From the NCBI GenBank assembly GCA_965603825.1, contig CBFDEM010000002.1:372001-436000 (forward strand): a stretch of 64,000 nt of DNA. The letters run 5' to 3'. Positions 40,458-52,027 of this stretch are shown piece after piece (the first letter of the stretch is position 1; each line of letters begins with the position of its first letter). Position numbers and translations under genes: made by a program. Source of the DNA: Blepharisma stoltei ATCC 30299 (taxonomy: Eukaryota; Protista; Ciliophora). The notes under the pieces are model-generated. The model searched no databases. It was not told the origin of the DNA and saw only the letters and a list, made by a program, of their open reading frames with translations.

Positions 40458-41489
40458 ATGATAACTCTTTGGGTGATAATTTTCTCTTTATTTGTTTTTG
40501 ACTGCTACATTTTCGAGAAACATCTAAAATTTTCATTAAGAGAAAAGCTACCAACTATGTTATTTCTCTTATTTGCTGCAAACTACATTCCTTTATTGTT
40601 GTCACAAATAATTAGTAAGTGAATTTCTGCTCTTACAAATGAAATTGATGCAGATTTTATACTTACACCTATTGTTTGATTAAATCCGATATGAAATTTA
40701 ACTTTCGAAACGTTTCATTATTTATTTGATTTTATTTGAAGCTTATTTTGGATTTTTGGTATAATGTCTCTGTTAGGAACTTATAGTTCATCAAAATCTA
40801 CTGATAATCTTATATCATGCTTTTTGGCAATGGCAAATGCGATGTGCTTCTTAATCTACTATATCTTCTCAAGTGATGAAAATGTTTTGATCCTTTATCT
40901 TACATTTTTTACAATATTTAGTATGACTTGGATAAATATTTGCAAGTCAAAAATATACTCAAATCAGCTGGACTTGGCCATGGCCTGATACAATTTATTA
41001 TTTTTAATTAATACACTTTGAACGATAAAAATACTTTGCTTACCAAATACAAGTACATTTGACATTCTTAAATTTATTTTTTATCTTGTATCATATCTTT
41101 GAATAACATTTTTTATTTTATTTTTGTTCCTAATATGCTATGTATCTCTTTTTGAATATTTGCAAACTTTATTCAATGAATTTATAGAACGATTCAAACG
41201 AGTTCATGATTTCGAGCGAAATTATCTAAATATTATAAAAGTTTATGCGGTTTTTATGGGTTTTATAATTGAGATGATTTTTGCCAATAATTTAATTAGC
41301 TGAATAGTTGGAGAAGAGATATGAGTTGTAAAAGAAGGTCTACTTTTAATTGGGGTTGGAGCATATGGACATATTTTAATTTTTCCAGATGAAGATCAAC
41401 AACAAATGGGTCCAAATTTCTCAAACATAGTTGGGGCTTGATTTCAAGCTTGGATAGTAAAAAGAATACTTATGATTCTAATAACTTAA
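40458..41489 (+). CDS. Multipass membrane protein, array member 6 (343 aa)
   Basis: FAANYIPL, VKEGLLLIGVGAYGHILIFPDED and SNIVGAWFQAW motifs; an alternative in-frame ATG lies at 40392. Confidence 0.8.
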
Positions 41490-42092
41490 ACATAATTTAT
41501 TAGAATTTTCTTAATTATTAGTGAAAAAAATCATAATTATCAAATAAATACAAGCACTTATTTTTAAATGCATTTCATTAGTAGAGTAATATTGCTTAAG
41601 GAGATATTAGTTCTTAATCAAGATGCCTTATCTACCAAAAGATGCTAGGTTTTTGAATATATTCAGATATATTATAACATAGTAATGATATAAAATGAGT
41701 TTACAATTTTAAATTTTTAAAATGCTATTAAATCTACTTAAATATAAGAGGAGGTCAAATAATATTTATAAATAGGTGATAAAATGGCTCTATGACTTAT
41801 TCACTAAAATTATATTTGGGGCATGATTATAAAAAGCAAATAATATCGATGAATGATTAACGATATCATTGAGAATTTTTTAAAGAAAGAGCATAATGAT
41901 TTATGGAATAAACCAATAAAGCATGGGAGCATAAGATGGTACAATTGAAGATGGCTAATCGATTAAGAAAAAAGCTCATCAGAGCTGCGTCAGGCTAGGC
42001 CTAATAAAGGTAGATAAGTAAGAATAAATTTATCATTGCCATTTGGCCAGCCGATCTAAAGTGGTATAACAAGAATAACTATCATTAATAAA

Positions 42093-43148
42093 TTGAGACT
42101 TATTCTTTTATGCTTGGCCATTATCAACATAATTTTGACATTATACTACATAGATCCAATAAAAAGTCGAGAGAAATTCGCAGTAGCCTTATTTTGGTTA
42201 TTCTTCATCAATTACATCCCACTAATTCTTTTTGAAGCTTATCATAATGAAATTTCTCTCTATTTGAATTCTATAGGCTTAGAAAGCATAAACTTTACAG
42301 ATTATTTGCGATATTTGTGAGATTGATTTCTTAGTCTTCTCCAACAATCAAGCTGAGTTTATTCATATGGCTTTTGAGCTTCAAGTTTAGTATCTCTGGC
42401 TATAATATATAAAAATTCTCATATAACAAAGGCATATTGGTCTTGTTTTTTTGGAATTATTAATTCTCTGTTCTTTTTGCTTTACAATAATCCTGAAAGA
42501 GAAAATGAGCACTCTGTTATGTATGGTGCATCAATTACAATATTTGCATTCGCATGAGTAGATTTTATGAATCACAATTGATATACTAATGATATTCATG
42601 ATATTATGGGTAAATACGTTTTTATTATTATTATTGCTACTGCTTTTTGGCTAAAGCAATTAATTTTCCCTAAATTTGACATTTTTGATATTTCTTTCTT
42701 ATTATTTTCTATCTTTTTATCAATTGGAGTTTTCTATTTACTTACTTCTTATTTTGTAAATGCTTTCTTGACAGTTTATGATTTTTTTATAACAGCATGA
42801 GCACATTTCAAAGAGCAGTACAGAAAAAGCATCGAAATAGAAGAAAGCATGTGAAAAATATGCAAAATCTATTGCTTAAATTTATTTTTTATATATGCTA
42901 TGCATCTTGCATATAATTTAGTATCTGCTTTATGAGGAGAAATTTGATACTTAAAAGAAATGATGTTTTTGATATCATCATGCACTGTAGGAAATCTTCT
43001 AATTTACCCAGAAGATGGAAATTATAGCGACAATTTCCAAGGGCTATCAAACTCCTTCTCAGTTTATTTCCAGGTTTGGGCTGCAAGGATAATTTTGAGA
43101 AATATATATCAGCTTATTTATTCCGGAGGTCTTAACGATTTGCATTAA
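42093..43148 (+). pseudogene. Array member 7: intact reading frame but no ATG found
   Basis: FFINYIPLILFE and GNLLIYPED...SNSFSVYFQ motifs; the expected ATG position reads attaataaattg and there is an in-frame TAA at 42057-42059. Confidence 0.62.
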
Positions 43149-43205
43149 TGCATAGAGAAAATCCAAACTTTCTTTCATTTTTTTCTAAATTAATAAAATA
43201 GCTGA

Positions 43206-44243
43206 ATGATTATTTGACTTGTTCTTTTGTCTTTAATCTTTCTTGACTTATTTTACACCTTAAGATACTTAAAGCCATACAAAAACCAAGAGAATATTGC
43301 CTATGCCTGATTTTTATTATTTTTTTTAAACTATATTCCTTTGGTACTTTTTGAAGCTTATCAAACTGAAATATCTCTTTATTTGAAATCTTTAGGGTTC
43401 GAATTCGTTGATAATGCAAACACTGTAAGCTTTTTACGATCACTATGAAGCTGATTTATCAATTTTCTTCAGTGATCAAGCTTATTTTATAGGTATAGCT
43501 TTTGGACATCAGGCTTTATATCTCTAGCGATAATATATGACTGTTCTCACGATTTATGGGCATACTTTTCTTGCTTGATAGGTATGACTAATCCTTTTTT
43601 CTTTTTGCTTTCCAATGTTTCAGTGTCAAATAATGATGAATATTTTATATTATATGGAATTAATATTGGAATATTTATTTTAACGTTTTTGAAACTCAAT
43701 TATAGTAGCATAAGAACAAAAGGGACATCTCGAATTATGGATAAATATCTTTATCTTATTATAGTAACTACAATGTTTGCTCTCAAAAGAATTTTCTTTT
43801 ATGACATTGATATTTTTGATATTTCTTATTATTTATTTGTTTTTTATTTTTCTTTTGGACTTTTGTATTTACTTATGGCTTATTACTCTATTTCATATGG
43901 AACTACGCTATTTTATTTTTCAATTCTTTGAGCAAGACTTCAAGAAAATCGCCAGAGGCATTTTAATATTGGAGAAAATGCATGAAAAATATTTAGCGCA
44001 TATGCTTTAATTGCATTTTTTACATATTCTATGTTTCTTACTTATAAGCTAGTTGAAAACCTATGAGGAGAGTTTTGATCGTTGAAAGAAATAATGTTTA
44101 TTATTGCAGCTGGAGGCATAGGATATGTCCTGGTTTACCCAAAAGATGAAAATAATGATAATCTTACTCAAGGTCTGTCAAATTCAATCTCAATATATTG
44201 CCAAATTTGCGTATTGAGAGGAATTTTTAGTTTGGTTAATTAG
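43206..44243 (+). CDS. Multipass membrane protein, array member 8 (345 aa)
   Basis: Open with about ten TGA=Trp; FLNYIPLVLFE and GYVLVYPKD motifs; TAG stop. Confidence 0.8.
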
Positions 44244-44608
44244 TCCTAGCTGAGTATTGAGCTTGGGGAATTATTAATTTTAATTAATCAGTAGGATTAT
44301 TATGGGAAGTATTCTTTAGACCGCAAATGCATTCAAAAACTATAAAAATAAAATCATTTTTAAACATTTTGACTACTTGATTAAGAAATATTAGGTTAGA
44401 ATTCGATTTTAATATAAAACTTCAAACGCGCATATATATAGCATAAACTATAAATAAGTCAATATAGGTCTTAAATTATAAATAGTAGACTATATTAAAT
44501 AAAAATAAAAAATCGAAACTTTAAAATCGCTTTTGCAATCAGATAATGATGCCTTTTTGGCTCCTTTTAATCTCATTTCATTAATTTAATAAAAATAAAA
44601 AGCCAAAA

Positions 44609-45625
44609 ATGATTATCTGACTTATTCTTTTATGCCTACTCATTTTTGACTTAATTTATGCTACAAAATCCATATCACCGAGCAGAGCTCAAGAAAAAGT
44701 TGCAAACTCCTGCATATTTTTATTTTTTATCAACTATTCAACTTTAACACTTTTTGAAGCATATAAAAATGAAATTTCGAATTATATAGAATTTTCATTC
44801 CTCAATCCTGTGGACTCTTTAAAATTTTTATGAATATGATTTCTTAATTTTCTTCAATATTCCAGCGTCATTTATTGATATGGCTTTTTCACGTCAGGAT
44901 TTATTTCTCTGATTATAGTATACAAACATTCTCAAGATACATTGGCGTATTGATGCTGCTTATTTGGAATGATAAATCCGATTTTTTTCTTGTTTTACAA
45001 TGTTTCAGCAACCGTTACTGAATATTATATTTTGTATGCAATAAGTATCGGAATATTTATAATAACAGTAGCTAAGTTGATCTATTTTGATGTGCAAACA
45101 TTTCATACCTCTGACACTATGGGAAAATATGTTTTTCTTATGATAGCTGAAACGGGATTCTTTTTAAAATGGATTTTTTACTATAATCTCGATATTTTTG
45201 ATATTTCTTATTTCTTACTTGTTTTTTATTTTTCAATTGGAATAATATACTTGTTGAGCTTTTATTTTCTTATTTCGTATATAAGCACTTATGATTTTCT
45301 TAAATCAACATTAACAGAACTTAAAGAGAAGAGCAAAAAATATTTTCATATAGAAGAAAGCTTATGAAAAATATGCAAAATATATGCTTTAATTGTGTTT
45401 TTTACATTTGCCATTGCTCTGTCTTATAATCTAATTGAAACTTTATGAGGAGAATTTTTAACTTTAAAAGAACTTATGTTTATGATAGTTGCTGGTGGGA
45501 TCGGAGAAAGTTTAATATATCCTGAAGATGGAGATTCTTCTGAGTCCGTTCAACGCACGTTAAATTTTTTTCCAATCTATGCTCAAATATGGATAATCAG
45601 AGGAATTTTCAGAGTGATAATTTAA
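44609..45625 (+). CDS. Multipass membrane protein, array member 9 (338 aa)
   Basis: MIIWLILLCL start; FINYSTLTLFE and GESLIYPED motifs. Confidence 0.8.
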
Positions 45626-46064
45626 GGGATATTAAAGATAAAATTATGAGCTTTATTTTAGAATTAATTTATTTATATAACTGCTTGAGTATTCCAAACA
45701 TCCAAACAGATATTAGAGGGGATTTCATATTGTTGAAATTTCAGATCATCGATATTTATTTTAATTGGAATAATCACGGCACATATTTAGCATATATCAA
45801 TTTTACCTTTTGATACAACATCAATATCTCTTCTAGGCTAGAAATATTTGATATGATTTCAAATTTTGGGCAATAAGAATAATTTTTGGTGGTATTTATT
45901 AATATCAATAAATAATGATTAAAGAATATCATAAATTAAACTAACCTATATTTCCTTCTTTGATGCTTTGCCAAGAAATTTAAGAGCATTTTCTTTTCAG
46001 CATGCTTAGGTAAGCTTCTTATCAGCGGCATAATCTATAGTTTGAATTTTATAAATAATAGTAA

Positions 46065-47099
46065 ATGTTAATTTGGCCTATTCTTATAGGTTTTATCATT
46101 GTTGATATAATTTTTGCTGCTAAATGAGTAGAAAAAAGAGAAAATCAAGATAGAACTCCATATATGCTCGCCTTCTTATTTATTGGGAATTACATTCCTT
46201 TAGCACTTTTTGAAGTTTATCAAAATGATATTTATCTCTGTTTGAATTCTCTAGGATTTACATTTTTAGGAAATATCAATTTTTTATATTTTTTGCGGTC
46301 TTCTTGAAGCTTTTTTCTCAACTTTCTTCAATATTCAAGCTCCTTCTATTGGTATTGCTTTTGAATTTCTGGCTTTGTATCTCTAACTATAGAATATGAT
46401 TACTCTAAACTTGATAAAGCATGCTGATCTTGCTTCTTCGGGATGATTAATCCTCTATTCTTTTTACTGTATAGCGTTTCAGCTGAAGATGCAGAGAATT
46501 TTATTTTATTTTTAACTATGATGAGTTTATTTATTATCACATGAACCAAGATCTATTATTGTCATGATTTTAGCTGATATATGGTTGGTGATGTTGTTGA
46601 AAAATATAATTATTTAATTATTATTTCTGCAATTTTCTTAATCAAGCGACATTTCTTCTCTGAATTGGATATTTTTGATGTTTCTTTTTATTTTCTCTCC
46701 ACTTACTTCACTTTTGGAATTGCATTTTTAGTAGCATACTATTTTACTATTTCTTATGTAATGACTTATGATTATCTTAATGCAGTTTGGAAAGAGCTTC
46801 AAGAAAAGAAGCAAAGATCTTTTCATATAGAAGATACTATATGGAAAATATGCAAAATATATGCTTTGATTGCATTTTTTACGTATGCTATGATTCTTTT
46901 CTGCGATTTGGCTGGCAATTTATTAGGAAAAAGTATAATTTTGAAAGAAGCTTTATTTATGGTTGGAGCTGCAGCATTTGGAAGCATTTTAATTTATCCA
47001 GAAGATGGAGATTTCGATATTTTTTCTCATAATATATCAAACTCATTTGCAGTTTATTTTGAGGTTTGTATAGCAAGAATGATTTTGCATATGCTTTAA
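46065..47099 (+). CDS. Multipass membrane protein, array member 10 (344 aa)
   Basis: MLIWPILIG start; IGNYIPLALFE and ILKEALFMVGAAAFGSILIYPED motifs. Confidence 0.8.
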
Positions 47100-47375
47100 C
47101 TAAATTAACAGTTTCAGTTGATAAGAAACCATATGAACCAACTATATGAATTAGATTAAATGTTTATTTGTCTCATGAATTAAAAAAATTCTGAATTATT
47201 ATAATTTTTAATTGAAAAATTAAAATATGAGCTATGAATTTATAGGCTTTCTAATACTAATATTATTCAAAAATAAGCAAAATTTTTATTATTGAGAAAT
47301 AAGTTATATATTAAAATATCCGATACTATTCATGAATTTTTATAGGTATTAATCTATAAAAATTATTATGGTATT

Positions 47376-48740
47376 ATGGAAATTCGACTATTAGTGTTGT
47401 ATTTAGCCCTTTTAAACTTTCTTTAGCTCGAAATGCTTTATACGCAGAAAGATATGATAATTAGATTATTAAGATGGTATAAAGATGCTGTCTTTACTGA
47501 TAAAATAGTTTAATTTGTATTTTTTGGGATCAGGCTGGATGCTATTCTACTCAAATTATCGAGGTCTTCACTAAAGTGGGCACCGAATCCAGGAAAGAGT
47601 TGCTTGAACTCATGGGGAAAACCCAAACTAGCTCAATTCAGTGTGAGGATCGTAATTATAAAAACTAGCGTCTCTTCCTTCTTCAGATAGGCTTTCCCTG
47701 CTGAGTAATACATCAGGCGATACAATGCCAGGCCTGATCAGCATATTCTTTAATTAGACATCTTCTCTTCTGGGAAATATCTGTCTTCCCTAGATTAGAT
47801 TAATAATAGAATGCATGAAGAGCAAGCTAAATTATCTTGGGTTTTAATATTTTTTATGATTTATGCTCCTCTAGCCCTTTTTGAAGCTTATAGGTTTGAA
47901 ATCTCTCACTGTTTGGACTCTTTAGGATTTTCATCTATTCTGAATATCGAATTTATCTCTTTTTTATGGTATCCATGAAACTGAATTCTCAACTTTCTTC
48001 AATATTCAAGCATCTTATATTGATTTAGCTATTGAATAACAGGCTTTATATCTCTTTTTCAATTATCTGATTATCCTTATATAAATGCATATCATCTTTT
48101 GCTGTCTGGAATCGCTAATTCTTTTTTCTTTATACTTTACAATATTTCTGCAAGAGATTTTGAATATTTTATTTTATACACTATAATGATTGGAGTATTT
48201 ATATTAATATGAGTTAAGCTGCAAAACGTCTATGCTATTGAAAAATATAAGCTGCTAATTGTCATTTCAACAGCTCTTATGTTAAAAAGGATTTTTTATT
48301 ATGAGAACGATATTAGTGACATCTTTTATTTCTGTCTTTCCTATTTTTTTTACGCTGCAATTATATATTTTCTTACCTTTTATTTTTCTGTCTCATATAA
48401 AATCTTATATGATTATTTTGAAAATGCCAGGCAAGAGCTTCAAGAAAAAAGTAAAAAAACAGTTAGAATCGAAGAGAATATATGAAAAATGTGCAAGATA
48501 TATATATTTGTTGCGCTTATTGCTTATGCTATGTATCTCACTCATTCTTTAATAACTTCTTTATGAGGTGAAGTTAGAATTTTAAAAGAACTATTCTTTA
48601 TGATTTTTTCAGGAGCAGCAGGGAATATTTTAGTCTGCTCTGAAGACAGCAATTATATTTTACGCGAAGGGATCTTAAATTCTTTTTCATTTTATTGCCA
48701 AATATTTATATCAAGAAGAATTATTATATTGATTTTTTAA
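47376..48740 (+). pseudogene. Array member 11, interrupted near its 5' end by a 15-nt and a 345-bp insertion; remainder intact
   Basis: MEIRLLVLYLALLNFL-TAG; frame 47811-48740 is uninterrupted with family motifs (MIYAPLALFE, ILKELFF, GNILV). Confidence 0.7.
47462..47806. mobile_element. 345-bp IES/MITE-like insertion
   Basis: Flanked by a TAGA direct repeat, with inverted ATTATTAA (47465-47472) / TTAATAAT (47800-47807). Removal restores the frame (KDMIIRMHEEQ). More GC-rich than the host gene. Confidence 0.55.
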
Positions 48741-49164
48741 CATTAATAATCAAAATAAGCGTCGTTTGTAATATCTATCTTAGAGCAGAAAGTATTTCTT
48801 TTACCAATTTTGAATATGAGGTGTGGCTCATCAATAAATTTGCAGGAAAGTAAGGGTAAATATAAAGCAGCATGAGACTCCTGCCATTAGATAAATGGAT
48901 TTTTTAGAAGTGCGCCACCAAGGGGCTGGGATCTTTATAGTATCTTGCAGACTCGATTTGGCGCTCTCAAGGGCTGGGAATAACAACTTTAGAGATCCGA
49001 ATCTCTGAATTAGATGAATCATTTATATTTATGTAAGAGTATCCAGACTATGGTGGCTTAAATTTCCAAATGTAAAGACAGTATGGAAATGTATTTGATG
49101 CTTAATGGAGACAATAGTTACTAATTAAGCATATGATGTCTTCAGATTAAATTAAATCAAATGA

Positions 49165-51969
49165 TTAACTACCTTTAATAATATTAAGACCGTTTTGTTC
49201 TAAATATCCTATAATATTTTGTCGATCTAAAGTAGAATTGAAGCTCTGGGGCACTAAAATTGGCTTAATATTTACCTTTCTTATATTTTCTTTATGCATC
49301 TCGAATTCTCCTTTCAGCTTTTTATCTCTATATAATGTGACAGATTTTGAAACTGGCCAAATTGCTATTTCTGAACTGGGAATGTAGAAGGGCACCCAAA
49401 CATTGTTTACAAACTCAGATTCTCTATATTTGATTTTATGCTTCTCTAATAGAGATTTATAAAAATCCATAAGCGGTCTTTGTAACCCAAAATGTTCGAA
49501 ATAATCAAACTCATTGCTTGCATTAGACAGTTTGAATATTTTATCTTTATTATAGTAACTAGCTAGTAAAATTTTTTTGAAGAAAATATCATTTGTTTTC
49601 AAAACTCCATAGTTTTCAGCAAATCTTAGCATCGATTCTAATGGCTTTTTTAGCCTTATTAACGCATAAATTCAGTTAATTGTCCTATATTCATCATCAA
49701 AAGCTATAAGTTCCTTCTCCACAATATCAATCATTTGTTCAGCATACTCTTGTGCCCATTTTTCAGTTTCAAACCTTAAATCCGCCATTGAAGTTACGAC
49801 TTCATATGTGTATCTTTCAGAGATTTTTTGTTTTTTATTGCAAAAAGTCATCATTATTTTTTCGTCAGAAATCCCAGTTTCGGCCAACTTGCTTATAAAA
49901 GCATCTCTGTATTTCGTGGTATAAAGTGGGCAGTTTTCAAGATTTTTTCTGATTAAAGGGAGGATGTCATAGCATGATGGGATTTTAGATAGATTTGCAA
50001 AATTAATCATATCATTCATTCTTAGCTTGGAAAGGTATTTTTCTATTGGCTTTTCTGAAGCTGCATAAATAGAGCTTAACAATTGCTGGTGCTTCGTATT
50101 ATCAAGCTTTGATAAATGAGTAATCATAGATATCAATAAGTAAATATCAGTAATTTGTATCTTCGATATCCTTTCCAAAGCTGCATTTATCGCAATGCTA
50201 TCATAATCTTCAGGCCATTGCCAATACTTTTCTAAAGTTGTTGCAAATGAATTAAATGGTATGTCTCTCTCAAAAATTTTGGTTAAATAGCTTTCTTTGT
50301 CAAAAAATTTTGATGTCCGTAAACCAATTATCAAAGGAGCTCTCATGACAGAAAAATCATTTGGGTTAAGAATCGTAGCAAATCTATCAGCAAGCGAAGG
50401 TGTTATGCAATTAGCATGAGCTAGCAATATGCCAACCTTTTGAGAGCTTTCAGAAAGAAGAGCCGCATTTGAGAGCTTTTCCAAAGAGCTGCCGACTCTA
50501 GTTAATAAATCAGAAATTAATGATAAATTTGATTTTTCAAGAATCATTCAAAAGATTTGAAATGGTAAATAAGATTCTGGGGACTTTGAAAACTCTGCAG
50601 GATCAAGCCTGTTTAGGATTGATAAATAATCATTCAAGTCATTTATTGTGAAATCAGCTTGGGCTAGGTAAATTGCATAATATTCAACAAGCTTTGGGTT
50701 TAAATTCTCAAGATTTGATAATAAAATACTTAAGGGTTTGAACGGGCATCTGCAGCATTTTATTGCATTTTCAATTTCACTCGGGGTAAAATCACTTAAA
50801 TATTTATTGAAAAAATTATTCCAAACTTTAGGATCAGCATCATAAAATATCATGGACCATATAACTCTATTTATCCCACCTTCTTTGGCTTTCGGCCTTT
50901 CTAGATACTCGTAAATTTTTCCTTGTATTGATTTAAAGTGCTTCATTAATGTAGGATACAGATTTATTTCATTGCCTTTAAGAAACCTGACAACATAGCC
51001 TTCTTTTGAAAAATTTTTATCAAGCATTTCTAAAATTTCATCAAATAAGCTTTGAATGCTTTGTGGGTAATCTGTGGAAGAAATGCTATACAATATATCG
51101 AACAATTGATTAGGGGCTAGGCTTTCTAGATCTTTGATTGTAATTTTCATAAATTTTTTGAGCGACAAAAGATTTGTCATATTAATTACTTGGCCGCTTC
51201 CTATTACCTTGAGAGGAACTAGCTTCTTCGCTATTTGAAATATTTGTATAGGGCTAAAATTGGTCAACTCTAGTTGCTGTTTCAGCTTATCAGCTTTGGA
51301 TTTTTCGATGGATATCTCAAGTGAGCTTACAAAATTTACTAAACTTTCATCGTCAAAATCTTCGAGATCGAGATTTTCCAATCTCTTATTGCAAATATCA
51401 ATAAGATTTTTTGATTTTTCTGTCATTTTATATTTCAATCCCTTAATGAGAAGAGAAATTTCTTTTGGATTTAGTTTTGTGCTAAAATCTTCAATGATTT
51501 TTGTGACATATTCTTCTAATTCATAGATGTAATAGCCGTGCGAGTGAAGAGAATTATAAAGATAGCAAACTTGCTCAAGACTTAAAGCGTCCTCTAAAAC
51601 AAACTCAGTAACTTTTGTGTCTAAACGCATAATGCTTTCCATAGGTAGAGCTGCATTTGTGCGGTTTAGTCAATAGCAATAATCAACAACTCCTTGAGGA
51701 GTTAAATTTGCAATAGAATCTTGTATTTTTTCTGATAAGCTTGTGAATTCCTTTTTATCTTCTGCTGACAAATTATCCCACTTCACTTTATCAGAAATTA
51801 CGCGAAGACTTTGTGCTATCTGTGATACTGGAGCATTTTTTGCCTTTGCGAGCTTGATAGCATCTTGAGGTGAATTTATATTTGACCAGTCTAGAATTGT
51901 CTTCGGCCTGATATAATATTTTTGTGAAAAGTTCCTGTTTAGGCGAAAAACGAAGCTTTTCAATCACAT
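49165..51969 (-). CDS. Mitochondrial-targeted helical-repeat protein with a C-terminal RAP-like domain (FASTK-like), ~934 aa
   Basis: Four track ORFs share one frame via TGA; presequence-like MWLKSFVFRLNRNFSQK; C-terminal VWVPFYIPSSEIAIWPV...MHKENIRKVNIKPILVP resembles a degenerate RAP domain. Confidence 0.7.
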
Positions 51970-52027
51970 ATTAAATTTATTAATAAAATCATTAATTTTG
52001 GATTTCGATTTATATAATAAATAAAAT

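Noticed and set aside
41686-42090. IES whose removal would supply an ATG to member 7
   Set aside because: The TA-to-TA joins I tested give an out-of-frame product or a stop.
47424-47440. 15-nt insert interpreted as a tiny intron
   Set aside because: No GT...AG boundaries in any register.
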